Shown: positions 23,083-35,973 of the stretch, piece by piece
Position numbering within the stretch: the stretch's first letter is position 1
Layout of the letters: each line of letters begins with the position of its first letter
Source: Eukaryota sp. GEM-RC1
Lineage: Eukaryota
Assembly: GCA_040285855.1 (NCBI GenBank)
Contig: JAUFOQ010000006.1
Coordinates: forward strand, 558,001-622,000
Direction of reading: 5' to 3'
DNA: 64,000 nt
Notes under the pieces: model-generated
Databases searched by the model: none
What the model was told of the DNA's origin: nothing
Seen by the model: the letters and a program-made list of their open reading frames with translations, nothing else
Program-made: the position numbers and the translations under genes

Positions 23083-23380
23083 TGAAAGTGTTTATACTTC
23101 ACTGTAAAGGCCCTGAAGATTTCCTTATGGACAACAGTTAGTAATACATAGACAGGAGGTGTTAGTACACACACTACGAAACGGCATCAATCAGAAATAG
23201 CGTATAGTTGTTAGACAAGGTCTTCACTGTTGTGTTTGACATTGTACATTGTTCTGCAATGTAGAGCAAAGCAGTGTTACCACTAGGCTGTAACGGGTGA
23301 GGAAAAGATCTTTGTAAACATACCTAGGAAATAAACGAAAACCTCTCCAAATACAGATAGATACATGTTTAGGAGAACGG

Positions 23381-25757
23381 CTATCCGTGTGACAAATGAA
23401 ATTTGTAATTCTTATTTGTGTGACAAACATGAACATTATAGATGGGAGCCGGCTCAAATTTTGCTCACGGCTCAGCTGCAGGTACTAGTTAGCCGGCTAT
23501 GGCTTCCAACATAGTTTAGCCGGCTCAAGCCGGCTTTAGCCGGCTCAGCCGCAATGAGTTTGATGTAGATTTATTGTTTAACTGTTTTGTCAAAGCATAT
23601 GCTTTCAGTGTCTTCTCTTTGATAGATTTGTTTTATGTGGTTCATTATTGTTATACACAAATTCTACCCTATTCTTCAATTATCGCTACTCTACTCATCG
23701 TCTTTCTGATCTTCTTCGTTCAAAAGCCAGCACCGCAAACACATTAATGCAGTTACCGTGGTGTCATCTAACCGGGAACGCTTCTTAGTTATTACGTTAC
23801 CAGTTTGTGAAAACAATCGTTCACTACTAACGGAGGTCGCTTGAACAGCTAACATATCCCTTGCAAATTTGCTCATCAGAGGAAAGTTTTCAGAGTTTAC
23901 TCTCCACCAATCTAAGGGATTGTCATTCTCGGCCGAAAACATAGAAAGATACGTATCTAACTCCTTTTCAACTGATAGATCCTCAGAGTCAGAACGTTCA
24001 TCTGTGGTACTGTTCTGGGACACAGATTCTTTGATGATCTTAAGCTTAGCTCTGAAGGATTTGGTCTTCTTTCTCACTTCTCTTCCTCCATTTTCACTGC
24101 TATACTCCTCCTGAAGGCGTGTTAATAGCAGATGTCTAACTTCCTGCAAGTTCACATGCGTTGGCCACATTAAAGGACTTAACTTGATAGACGGATCCAT
24201 CACAGTTGCAATCTTGGTCGTGTCATTCAGTACATTGGCATCGTACTTAGCAATGATTTTCTTCATAAAGATGCTACAAAAACCGGTTACTTTGTTTGGA
24301 TATACCTCACTCAATTCCTGCATCTTTTTGTGCAGGTCTGACTTCCGGCGAATATTCTCCAATTCTGCCAAATTGCTGTTTAGTACTCCTTGGCCAAATT
24401 TGGCAATTTCAACATCTAGCACTTCTTTTATGGTTTCCCAATACAGAATTGTATGGGAAATTGTCACGTCAGATGCAGATGAAAGATCGGTTGTGATATC
24501 ATAGAATGGTTTCAACAGTTTCAACAGCTTTGACAATGTTACTGTTTCAAAGTCAGATAATATTAGTTCAGTAATTTGCTCATTTTGTAAGAAGTAATTA
24601 ATGATAGCCAACTGGTCGTGATACGTTTTTAGCATGAGATATGTACTATTCCAGCGAGTAGGAACGTCAGAGGGAATTCTTTGAAATTTTTGCCTGTGTC
24701 TTTGGCGCAAGTTTTGAGCTTTTCATTCAATGAACTGGACATATGGGTTTTAGACGTCAATTTTTGAATCTTAAGTATACTGGCTTGTATAAAGGGCAAT
24801 CCATTCTGGACCATGATGTTTAAAACATGAGCAAAGCATCGCTGATTTTCAGACCTTTCGTTCAGTAAATCAACTGCATTCACAATGTTCCCAGCATTGT
24901 CAGTTGTCCATGATTGTGTCTTGGTTTGAAGCCCATAATCAGCAATAATGGTGTTCAGTTTCGCTGAAATCATTTCTGCGGTATGCGGAAAAGGCAAGTA
25001 AGTTGATGTTCATTGTTGATGTTCATTGAACATCAACTTTTATCCGTGTGACAAGTCATAGTGTTTTGTATATTGAATAGAACATCTTGTCGTGCAAATA
25101 TCAGGAAGCAAATGTTCCTGAAGGAATGCTTTGAAGCATGACTCTTGGGGTTGTTCAGAGATTTGGGACTTTTTGGTTCGAAATGTATGATTCATCAAGT
25201 AGTGTAGACTTATAGTGTGTCAATTAGTGTACCGTTGTCAGATGGGATGTAGATGTCTTCTCTGAACACTAAGAGAGGTTTCAGAACACAAACAAAAAGT
25301 TGAATCCGGTTGGTGTACAGCTTCTAATGTTTCGGAAGATCTTCATCGCGATAATGATAGTTCATATTAACTAAGACGTATCAGTTTCAACGTTTGAGTA
25401 GTGGTCTACGATTCAAACTAAACAGAATCAATGTTTCTGCCTACAAGTCAGAGTATAACTACTATAAAGCAAGCATCACAACCCTTGCAAAGACACACAG
25501 AAAATCGTCAGAATTTATGGACAAAATAAGAAAATGAAGTTGTGTAGAAGCTAGAAGGTTAAAAGATGCTTAAGAAGACAGTGAGTCCATTACACCTTAG
25601 ATACAGATGTGTGATGTGAAGGTTTTACTAGTAGGTAAACTGAGAAGATGATAGCAAGATAACTTCCGTCTAGGTCTATATGTGGTGTCTTGGTAAAATC
25701 CAATTCAAATTCTGTCACACGGATAAGAATTCCAAAATTCATTTGTCACACGGGTAG
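23381..25757. mobile_element. TIR element (about 45-bp imperfect TIRs CTA(T/C)CCGTGTGACAAATGAA) containing a nested hAT fragment
   Basis: 23381..23425 is the reverse complement of 25713..25757 with few mismatches; no TSD seen. Confidence 0.65.
23691..24997 (-). pseudogene. hAT transposase, 5'-truncated, one frameshift
   Basis: TTDNAGN, CFAHVLN, DVPTRWNS, PLDWW, ATSVSSERLFS dimerisation domain; AGCCGGCT subterminal repeats at 23447-23550. Confidence 0.9.
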
Positions 25758-26217
25758 ATCTACCCCATGTTTAGATACAAAAATACAGATACAATGACAT
25801 CATTGGTCACAAGATTCTACTGTTGACGTAGCATTGTACTTCTGATTGTTGTCCAGATCTAGAGCTAATGATAACTGGACATCCCAAGATGGATCATTCC
25901 AATGCTACCAGACCAAATGGCTCAGACTCTGACGGCAGTAGGAAAACACTTGCTGCTGAGAAAGCATTAGTTGTCTCTTCTCTAGAGAGAAATCCAATTA
26001 GGACAATCTGTTTGTTCTCAGGGATTCAATAACGGGACATTGTGTTGTTCAGCCGAGTAGAGTACTCACAGGCAGAATGCCCACTGCCACAGATGATTAC
26101 AGGTCGGTGTTCTTCACAAATACTGCAGCATACCTGCAGCATTTTGTTAAATAATTCTGCGTGGCCTAAAAATGTACTAATACATATACAGTACATGAAC
26201 TGTATGTAGGTTTATAC

Positions 26218-27506
26218 CATGGAACGCAAATGTTCCGTACTGGAGCGATTTGAGGCGTACCGTACCGTACCGTACCGTAAGTACGTACGGTACAAGTGCC
26301 GGTACTGTACTGTTGACCGACTAAAATACATTATAACTATTTTGAACATGATGATCCAATGTGAGATTATAACCATACCTGGAAAATACACTTTTCTGTA
26401 TTTTCTGTATTTTTGTATTTCGTGTATTTGTATTTTTTATTTTTTATTTTTCAGTATTAAAATACTGTATTTTTTTAGGAATACGTTTCTGAACTTACTG
26501 CCTGTAAAGTACCTCTTTTGGATGTACATGTAGTTCTTTTATCTCCAATTTTTCTTCATATGATTTATAGAAGTAAATAAAAACATGATGTCAATCAACA
26601 TACAAGACGAAGTAGTTGTAGCAGTTTATTTGCAACCAAAACAGAAAACAGATGAACAAACTACAGTAGTCTCCTGGATTAGGTCGAGGAATAATTGGAG
26701 GAAGAATTGCTCCTTGATTGTCTTTCTCCAAAGGTAGGACACATAATACGTGCCAAAACCTGCCAACAAGACCAAAAGCAGAATTGAGTCTGACCAGGAG
26801 TGACAGACAATTGATCAGTCTCTATTTACTGAAGGAATTATAGTTTAACTTAAGTATTAGTAGAAACGAATCTAAATACATGTACATGTAGGCGATCATT
26901 TAACATCATTGTTGTCGATGTCCACTACTAAAAATACAGATAATATAACATCATTGCCTTTGTATTTTTGTATTTTAATCTGTATCTGTATTTTTGTATT
27001 TTTGTATTTGTATTTTGTTCAACCCTTGTATTTTCCAGGTATGATTATAACAGTTACTTGGTCATACATTCTACCGTTAAACATCACTCGGGATATCAAT
27101 ATCGTGATTATCACACTTATTCAAATTTAGGGTACATTGTACGTCATTTGCTGACCAGAACTTCCCCAAAATGACATTTCTACGTACGAAGCTCAGCAAT
27201 TGCCCGAAAAATCAACAATAGTAGTAGCGTCGTCGAATCACAATGCATTTAACGAGTGACTACTACGTTATATAACAGTGATAAAAGGCCCAAAAACCCC
27301 CAGATTGCATTTTGAAACGATCAGAAGATGCGGTAGCAATTTGCACTAGTACTGTGTTTGACTAGTGAATGATCCTCCACTTAAAAAATAGTATTTATAA
27401 ATCCATTTAGAATATTCATAAATGGACTTTTTATAAAATCAAAGGACACCGGTACGGATAAGACAAATCAATACGTACGGTACGTACCAAAGATTTGCGC
27501 ACATTG
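26218..27506 (+). mobile_element. hAT-type MITE family A, complete, with nested MITE
   Basis: Imperfect TIRs CATGGAACGCAAATG / ATTTGCGCACATTG; 8-bp TSD GTTTATAC. Confidence 0.9.
26374..27043. mobile_element. hAT-type MITE nested in family A
   Basis: Perfect 17-bp TIR CATACCTGGAAAATACA; 8-bp TSD ATTATAAC; TGTATT subterminal repeats. Confidence 0.92.
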
Positions 27507-27550
27507 GTTTATACACGTATTAAATAAACGTAAAATAGTTTTTTTAATAT

Positions 27551-27880
27551 TTGAATGTAGGTTGTACTTCAAATGATCCACTGACGGATGCTGAGAACAC
27601 TAAGATGTCAAAGTACAGACAATTAGTTGCTGCAATTGTCTTTCAGCCTTTTGCGGTATCTTTATACGGAAATTTCTTTTCTTCTACTGAGGAGTTTTTA
27701 ATTTTGTTTGAAAAATTGTGCTCAGAATTTGAAGGGAAGTTTAACTGATCGTACTGAAAGAGTAAAACTCCTTTTTCGGTTTTTAAATCTTTGTATAGAT
27801 ATTTGATTCCATTTTGTCCAAGTTGTTTGGTGGTAACTACTTTTCGGAATTAGGTAGTTCGTTTTATAATTTGTTTCAAT
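27551..27880 (+). pseudogene. 3' remnant of REL-endonuclease non-LTR retrotransposon
   Basis: AENTKMSKY...FQPFAVSLYG REL tail motif; homologous DNA at about 52340-52540 and 62200-62290. Confidence 0.6.
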
Positions 27881-28156
27881 AGTCGTTATTTATTATTATT
27901 TTTTTTCTTGCTGTGTTTTTTTCCCGCAAATATAGCCACTTTTTAAAATACAGCTTTGGCTATTGTAATTACATGTACTTGCAACAAGTTTTTGAGTCAA
28001 CTAGACTGTCTTGCTTCTAACTACACCATCTCAAATTACACAAATTGTGTGAAGTTCTACTGTTGAATTCAAAACGTTAAGAGTCATTCATTTTGTGCTT
28101 CTAGTTTATCCTGGAATTCTGTATTCTCAGCTGTCTGTTTTGCTTTTTTCAACTCA

Positions 28157-28805
28157 ATGAATAGCTCATTTGTGCTAACAGCACTCCATCCTAGAGCAGG
28201 GACTCCACCAGTTTTTCCCCCTTCCCAAAAACAGCAACCTCCCTCTCCATATACTGCTCCGCTCCAAGTCAAAACTAATTCATTTCCATCTAGATCACAT
28301 ACTCCATCCTTTCTTCGATCTCCTTCACGAAGACACAAACCAGAATCACCCTATACCGCTCCCCCTCAAAGTTAAGCCGAAATCTTACTCCTCTGAACTC
28401 CGCAACATCACTACCTCTGCTCACAACCGACGAGCACAAAGCCGTCAACAAATAAGCAGAATCAGGCAAGAAGAGGATGAGAAAATGAACCGCCTCCTAT
28501 ACTCCTCTGCTCTACACATATCTTACTTCACCAGAGACCTCACAAACCACCAAGGCATCAACAAATCCGATTCAAAGTCAAAAGAGGCCAATTTTGAAGC
28601 TCGTAATGATGTTCTATTGATGAGAAAGCGGCAACTTCTACGAAGTAGGCAAGTTCCAAAGTCTGCTCATCCTAAGGTAATCAACACTAAGAAAGAAGCA
28701 CATCGACGTTTTGAACTGCCTAAAATGTCTAGGATGTCGCGTGCTGTGTCTGCACCTTTGTATCGTGTGGAGGATCTTTCTAAAGAGTTTGTCAAGGATT
28801 TGTAA
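28157..28805 (+). CDS. Hypothetical Pro/Ser-rich basic protein (two ORFs, junction unresolved)
   Basis: Coding-like composition, ATG start, duplicated SPYTAP motif; no family recognised. Confidence 0.4.
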
Positions 28806-29968
28806 TTTTTTAAATTTTTGAGGGTATTGACTCTATTTTGTATATTTGTTCAGGTGAATTTGTCTCTTGAAAACACGAGTTATTGCACAAACACGTGGAA
28901 TTGTATAGTTGTACATGTTTATTAATTTTCACATATTTTGTTTTAATCTATCAAGATTTGAATTTTGTCCTTCTTTATTATTGCTTTTTCAATATTTAAT
29001 CATTATTTATAACAATTCAAATTCGCATCAGCTCAGTGGTTATTCAAAGAAGTCCAGTAGATAATGCATTTTGTCGCTGATTTAAATTTAAAATAGGAAA
29101 TAAAATTATTGGTTTACTGTGTGTTCTCATTTACGAATTCCTTTATGTTCTGTACAACAAATAGTCATTGAGCTCCAAACTTATATTTTTTCTAATGCAA
29201 TATTTTCCCTTAAAATTAAGACACAAGAATGAAGAAAACAGAGGCATCAATAATCCAATTAAGTATTCTGAACATATTTTGCATGGATGTACGAAGTAAT
29301 TGCAAATAAGAGATACACTTTTGTCTTATTAAGTGAAAAGTATGGATAAAAACGCATACAACAAAAAAGTCTAACGCAGACACACAATGTGGCAAAATTA
29401 TAACTTAGTCCTACCCTAATATTATCACCGTTTTGATTTCAATGTACTAGTACAGTAAGTTGTTTGTATTAAATGTTCTTAAATGGGTCCAGTTCCTACT
29501 GTTTAATCTCAAACTGTTTTCAATGATGTTCTCGATTCAATAAAATTGTACATGTCAAAAGTGTTCCACTCAATTTGTTTCGGGAGGTGAGGGTGTTCAG
29601 TACCATTGTGTTTTGAAAACAGAATCAATTCAGTGACAATTCTTAACACTTCCTCCAAAATACATTTCTTCTAGAAACAGTTTTGTAGCTGACAAGGTCA
29701 TTGTGCATTCTATAGCTTGACTCAAAATTTGGAAACATCATCAAGTAGGTTTACATACATGTAGTTCTTCATTGCTAAGGGTTTTACGGTAACAATCTAG
29801 AAAAAAAATTTAAACATTTGGACAAAATCGATGGTCAAAACAAATTTCTTCAAAAATACAGCGCGCTGATACAAAGTCACAAGGTATTATAGAGACCAGT
29901 TTACTGAAACTTCAAGATATGTACTTGTATTTGTATTTTCCAAGTACCAGAAATAATGTAGTACTAGG

Positions 29969-30771
29969 CATGGAACGCAAATGTTCCGAACCGCGGCGAT
30001 TTTAGGTTTACCCTACTGTACTTTTGACCGATTAACATACAGTCAACTACCGAATAGAGCCCCTTCCGCATATGGCTCTATTCGGTAGTTTTTTCTATGA
30101 AAAGGAGCCATAATCAATACAGGGGAGGAGTTTTTTGACTTTATGCTCATAAATAGTCAGATAATAAAAAACAGTAAATAATGATTTTATTTAATGTTAT
30201 ATATGAATACGTCAAATAATAAGTTATTTTCAGGAACTGGCTCTATACGGTAGGGCTCAAATTTAGAGCCCCTATCAGTTGGGGCTCTATTCGGTAGGGG
30301 CTCTATTTGGTAGTTGACTGTATATTAGTACTAATTTGAACTTAATAATCCAATGTGAGATTTAAACAGTTACCATCGTCATACATTCTACCGTTAAACA
30401 TAGCCCATGATATCAAAATCACGATGGCCACACTTATTTAAATTTAGGGTACATCATTTGCTGACCACAACTGTCCCAAAATGACAATGCTATATACAAA
30501 GCTCAGGAATCGCATGAAAACAACAATAGTAGCATCTTCGACTCACAATGCACTTAACGAGTGAATGGTACGAGATATAACAATAATAAAGTTCCCAAAA
30601 CCCAAAGTAACTCTAAACGATAAGAAAATGCAGAAGCAAATTGTAATAGTACAGTGTTTGACGAAACAATGAACCTCCACTCCAAAAATAGTATTGTAAA
30701 TTCATTTAGATCATTCATAAACACGACTTTATATTAAATCAAATGACGGAACCAAAGATTTGCGCACATTG
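29969..30771 (+). mobile_element. hAT-type MITE family A with nested Tc1/pogo-like MITE
   Basis: Same termini as the 26218 copy; 8-bp TSD GTACTAGG. Confidence 0.9.
30040..30320. mobile_element. Tc1/mariner-pogo-type MITE
   Basis: TIR CAGTCAACTACCGAATAGAGCCCC (1 mismatch) with TA TSD. Confidence 0.9.
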
Positions 30772-31639
30772 GTACTAGGACAAAAGGTGGTCCCAAATCC
30801 AAAACAGACTGTGTGTATTTTCTGTAGATAAATACAATCCTGTTATAAAGTTATGAATGACACAGACTGAAGGAAAGTACATCAAAAGCTAAAGCCTACT
30901 AGAAGTAGTGTACTGCTACTTTAGACTTGCCCAAAGTAATAATATATTAATATAAAATATTGTATTACAATCCACTCTCAGACTGACTTTGACAAGTCAG
31001 TTTTTCAATGGGTGGTAAATATAAAGAGAACTTAGATTCTGAGTGCTGCTGATGATCGTTCCTTGTCACATGGATGTATTGTCACTGTTGGAACGAAAAG
31101 CAAATCTCTGGAACACAGAATTGTAGGATCCAAACTATCAACCGTTAGAACCGCTACCTATTGTGATGTGATTGAAACACTCCTGCTGGTGTGGGTCCAA
31201 ATAATGTCCAAATCTACAAGACCAAGCACTTTGGGCGCTTAACTTGATCAATTCAGTTTCAGACATCAGGATGGACGATGGATTGATCAGGAACCCGCTA
31301 CAATGTTGTTGTGATGTCAGATATAATTTGAGATAGTGGACTGATCAGAACTATTGGGGATAGGGAGCAATGCTGATGGCAGGATGGTCGTCAACAGCCC
31401 TTCGCTACTTCGTGGACCGTGGCAGCATTCACAACAGAAAATGTGCGCGTGTCTCTCACAAAACAAGTTGTATGGGCAAGGACCAATGAAAGTGAGCGCA
31501 ATGGGGTATCAAATTGAATGCATGATGAGGTATACATATGTAGAAGACTACTACTGCAAGCAAAGTAGTAGTAGGTGAAAGTGTAACACAAACCCAGTTA
31601 GTAACCTTCACGTATCGAATTTGATTGTTAACCGCCCAT

Positions 31640-32908
31640 ATGTTACCTCTCAAAGTCTCAAAGTGTCTTAAACCCCACAAGTCAATCTTACAACGATTCA
31701 AGATCGTCGTTCTGCTACTGACTGCACTGTTTCTCCTTTTGGTTGTGGTCCTCCAACTGAGTGATGTTACTTCTACCACTGGAGATACTTCGCATCAGTT
31801 ACCACCGGCAAGTCCAACCGTAGAACCTCATTCGAATAACCCTCCTCCATTGAGACAGTTCCTCCGTCTTGAATCTATTATGGATGACCAAGTTACTCTC
31901 ATTAGCGCATCTCTTGCATCAACCGAGCGTCTTGTTGTTGTTGGCTTTCATCATTACAAGAAGCCAATCACTTCCTTTCATTGCTCCATCTTGGTTGGAG
32001 AATGTTCCTTTCTACAGAAAAAGGGCACAAACAGGTATAATGTGCGTTACGTCTCGTTCACTCTCCACTTTAAAATTCAGGTGCCTGACTTGTCATCCAT
32101 TCAGTCAGTTTCCATAACTCCAGCTGGTTCTGCCTCTGCTGTTTCTGTTCCAATAAATCCCCATGTTTCTTACAATCTAACGGCGTGTCTTCCTACCATG
32201 TTTAATATGAATTTAGAAAGAGTTGCGGATTGGTTAAACTATTATCACAATGAGTTTCAAATGGAATCTGCAATTCTATACGTTTTGCCAAGTTTTACTG
32301 AGCAAAATTATACTGCTCTGATGGAATCTATTACATAGAATTTAGACATTGTAGTTCTACAGCAACCTGCATACTTGAACAATCGTAAAGATTTTCATTA
32401 TTTAGGACAATACCAAGTAATTCACGATTGCTGGATGAGGTCAATGGGGTCAGAGTTTGTCTTCTTTCCGGATTATGACGAGTTTCTTACTTTCTTGTCG
32501 CCTTTATCAATTTATGATTTATTTACTTCTGAAATTGGATCTGTTTCTTTTGGGAGTCAGTTTTACTCAACTAAGTATTGTTTTAAAAACGATTTCAGTA
32601 TTCCAGTTACTAAAAGAATGCCTATTCCTATAGATCCTTTCCCAGAGTGTAAAGACAGTAAGTTTGATCCTTTCAATTGCCCGCAACAACACGGAAGGAG
32701 GAAGTTCATTGCTAGACCAACTGTGATTGGTGGTTTAAACCTTAATTCGTGTTCAATTATTGAGGACAAATTTGACATATTGGATCTTGATGCTCGTGTT
32801 GCTGTTCTACGTCACTATAGAGGATATATACGGATTGACTTAGACGTTTGTACAAAATTGTTATCATCATCTCATTACAAAATCAAAGTGTCATCACGTC
32901 ATCATTAA
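31640..32908 (+). CDS. Type II membrane glycosyltransferase, GT92/DUF23-like; in-frame TAG at 32336-32338
   Basis: N-terminal TM helix, LTACLPTMF..WLNYY, GQYQVIHDC, DYDEF (DxD), RKFIARP, HYR; the two ORFs are in the same frame. Confidence 0.7.
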
Positions 32909-33802
32909 CAGCAAGAAATCCATTTTTAAATTAATCGTAGTACATGTACATTTGTTTGCATTTGCAAACAGAATTTGTACAGAATCTATTTCTGTACAAA
33001 AGTACATGTGTTGTAACAATGGCACATGAAATTTTATCACAGCTGTCGCAACATGCTAACTTTTTCTTCTGTTTCTGCAAATTTCTCTAGATCGTTACTG
33101 ATTTAAGACTGACAATAAAAAGTCAACAAATCTGACCTGACTGTTTGTACTACGCACCATCGTAAATTTCTTCTAATACAGACCACTTCAAATTTAATAC
33201 AAGCAATTACATTTGTTTGCTTGTAATGAGATCATTGTTTGTGTTTAAGGCGCCAAAGCGTTGTTCTCAAGATTATACTGTATTACTTCCGATATTTCTT
33301 GTTGTTGGATTGGTTTTTCGGCCGCAGACAAAAATTGACAAACAAAAGTATTGTTACAATGCATTACAATTGTACGCCATATCTGTTCCTTTTATGAACT
33401 ATTTAGAAGTTACTGTAACGGTTTAATCCAGATAACCGCTTTGTTTTTATAGTTATTGTATTTATTCCGAATGTAATAGACTAAACAACTAAAATTTGGT
33501 ATCGTTAAAACAACACCCATCACAATCAAATCTTACAACAGCTTTGTCCTCATAACAGGAACTCACATCGAATAAAGCATTGGAGATGAGTAGGGGAACC
33601 GCTTTGTTATAATTTATCCAACTTTAAGATTCAGTCACATTCTTGATGACGTGACGGCTTCCATAAAGCGACAGTCATAAATGGCATCCAATTAGTGAGG
33701 CCAAGAAGTTGAAAATTTGTCTAACACGCGTTTGCAAGTGTGGAATACATTGTATGTGCGTTCTTTGGTTAAAAATGATAGAAGTCAGTTTAGATTTCCT
33801 CA

Positions 33803-35875
33803 ATGTCAATACCTTCACTTCCCAATTACACTTTAGTGCGGCTCGTTGGATCTGGAGCCCACGGGAGCGTCTACTATGGCTATCACAATAAGACCAAACA
33901 AGAATGTGCTGTGAAAGTCACAAATAATCGAAAACGTGTCTCATCTGCCGAATTCCGTCAAGAAGTTGCTCTTCTTAAACGTCTATCTCATCCTAACATT
34001 CGTCGATTGTATGATGTCATTGAAGATTCAAAGAATCAACTTTTCATAGTTCTTGAGTTCTGTGACTGGGAGTTGTTAAGAGAGTCTGACATTGGAACCT
34101 CACATACTAGTTTTGGACTTAGCTCTCTCAGAGACATCTTCCTTCAAATTTGTACAGCATTGTCTTATATCCATTCTCAAGGTGTTGTTCATAAAGATGT
34201 CAAGCCTTCTAATATCTTAGTTGCTCGTACAGGTGCTGCTGGAAATGCTGACAAACGTATAGTACTCAGTGATTTCGGCATATCTTCATACATTGAAGAT
34301 GATATTGAGTCTACGATGCAAGGAACACCTCTATTTATGGCACCAGAACTTCTCTCTCCTGGAGTATCTTCGGAGGACATGAATAACCCTGCTGTTGATA
34401 TGTGGGCTGCTGGTGTTTCCTTCTACATCCTTGCCTTTGGAGTATCTCCTTGGGGAAATGTTACAAATCGCCAGGAACTCTTCTCTATTGTGTTGGCATA
34501 TGCTTCTGACAATTTCTCCATCGATTTTCCTCCCGTAGACCCATTTCTCAAAGATTTGTTGTTGAAATGCCTTGATCCGAACCCTTTAACCCGAATTTCC
34601 TCCTTCCAAGCACTTAAACATTGTTGGTTCAGTGAAGGTGAATGTTCTTCGTCCATTCCGGATTCCTTTGAAACAATTGGAGACTTTTCACAAGAGGAAT
34701 TAGATACTGCTGTTACATATGTCTCTGAAATGGCATTTCAAACAAATCCCCGAAAGATTGAACAATGGAATTTGCCAACTTTAACTGAAGCTCAAAAAAC
34801 CTTATTGCTATTGGAATCTACTGTTCAACTATTCAACCTTTGCAACAACACCATTTCTATGGCTCCAGATGACGTCAACACTCCCGCACGCAGAGATCTT
34901 GACAACAAAGTCACTGCTCTATTGAAGGAGGCCCGTGGAATGAACGTTTCTCCCAATATGGATGATCTTATGGATCTATTCAGGAGATGGGTGGAGGTAG
35001 TTGAAAGAGATGCTAGGTATGGAGCGGAAGAATCTCCAAATCCCTGTCAGTTATCAACTAAGCATTTAAAGTATATATTGGATAATGTTCTGCCTGTTAT
35101 CAGACATTACCTCGATGAGTTTTCCAGTAAGTTAGACTCTTGTACCACTGGTAGTTGTGAAGGGAAATGTGCAGGCAAATGGTCTTCTGTTGATGCTAGT
35201 AAGTTCCGTCAGTTTTTCCAAAAGTCATTCAATATTATTAGGTCCAATCCAATGTGTAACACGTGTATTCGCTTCGTTTGCAACAACAACGTCGTTCTTG
35301 AAGAACGTCCAAACATTCCATTCCACACAATTGTTCTTGATGTTGGATCGTCGACTAACCCATGGTCTTCTTCTTCGTCGTTTGATGAACTGCTTGAAGA
35401 ATCAAGAATTGGTCACATGGTGATTATGCCTTCTGTGGCAATGGACGTTCTAGCTGAGATCCTAACCATGTCGTTGAGGTTCTCCCCTCCTGGATCTGTT
35501 ATTAGAGCAGCAATCTGGAATGACACAAACGACGATGGAAAACGTCTGCGTATTGTTTGCCAAGACTTCTCTGGTGGAATTAATGATGCTACTACTACAG
35601 ATTGTCAAGAAGGATTATCTAAAGGTGATTCGGTGGCTAAGTGTTCCATAATCACTGAAACCTTCCTCAATGGAACGTTTACTTACACAGAGGATGTAGG
35701 TTATGGTATTATTGACATCAATGTCCCTGTTCCTGAGTCATATAGTCTACATGTTCCAATTACAAAGGAAAGTTCCTTTCTACTTAAATTAGATAGCATG
35801 TACACTGAAACGGTGGAGTTTGTGAGCACAATTTCCGATACAATGTACAGTACCATTTTGAGTTCATTGAGGTAG
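33803..35875 (+). CDS. Ser/Thr protein kinase with C-terminal degenerate HATPase-like region (copy 1)
   Basis: GSGAHG, AVK, HKDVKPSN, DFG, GTPLFMAPE, DMWAAG. Confidence 0.92.
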   Translation: MSIPSLPNYTLVRLVGSGAHGSVYYGYHNKTKQECAVKVTNNRKRVSSAEFRQEVALLKRLSHPNIRRLYDVIEDSKNQLFIVLEFCDWELLRESDIGTSHTSFGLSSLRDIFLQICTALSYIHSQGVVHKDVKPSNILVARTGAAGNADKRIVLSDFGISSYIEDDIESTMQGTPLFMAPELLSPGVSSEDMNNPAVDMWAAGVSFYILAFGVSPWGNVTNRQELFSIVLAYASDNFSIDFPPVDPFLKDLLLKCLDPNPLTRISSFQALKHCWFSEGECSSSIPDSFETIGDFSQEELDTAVTYVSEMAFQTNPRKIEQWNLPTLTEAQKTLLLLESTVQLFNLCNNTISMAPDDVNTPARRDLDNKVTALLKEARGMNVSPNMDDLMDLFRRWVEVVERDARYGAEESPNPCQLSTKHLKYILDNVLPVIRHYLDEFSSKLDSCTTGSCEGKCAGKWSSVDASKFRQFFQKSFNIIRSNPMCNTCIRFVCNNNVVLEERPNIPFHTIVLDVGSSTNPWSSSSSFDELLEESRIGHMVIMPSVAMDVLAEILTMSLRFSPPGSVIRAAIWNDTNDDGKRLRIVCQDFSGGINDATTTDCQEGLSKGDSVAKCSIITETFLNGTFTYTEDVGYGIIDINVPVPESYSLHVPITKESSFLLKLDSMYTETVEFVSTISDTMYSTILSSLR

Positions 35876-35973
35876 TTCATTTTTTGATCTGTATCTTTTG
35901 TCTAACAAGATAATTGAGTAACAAGTTGTGAATTTAGGTTGTCTTTATATTTTTTGTTTGGGAACATGTCTAC

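Noticed and set aside
32336..32338. Alternative genetic code (TAR = Gln), suggested by an in-frame TAG here and a TAA at 875-877 aligned to Gln in the paralog
   Set aside because: Long Gln-rich ORFs (kinesin, kinases, MMS19) contain no internal TAR, and conserved genes such as CKS1 and RRS1 end in TAA; isolated C-to-T changes or errors are more likely
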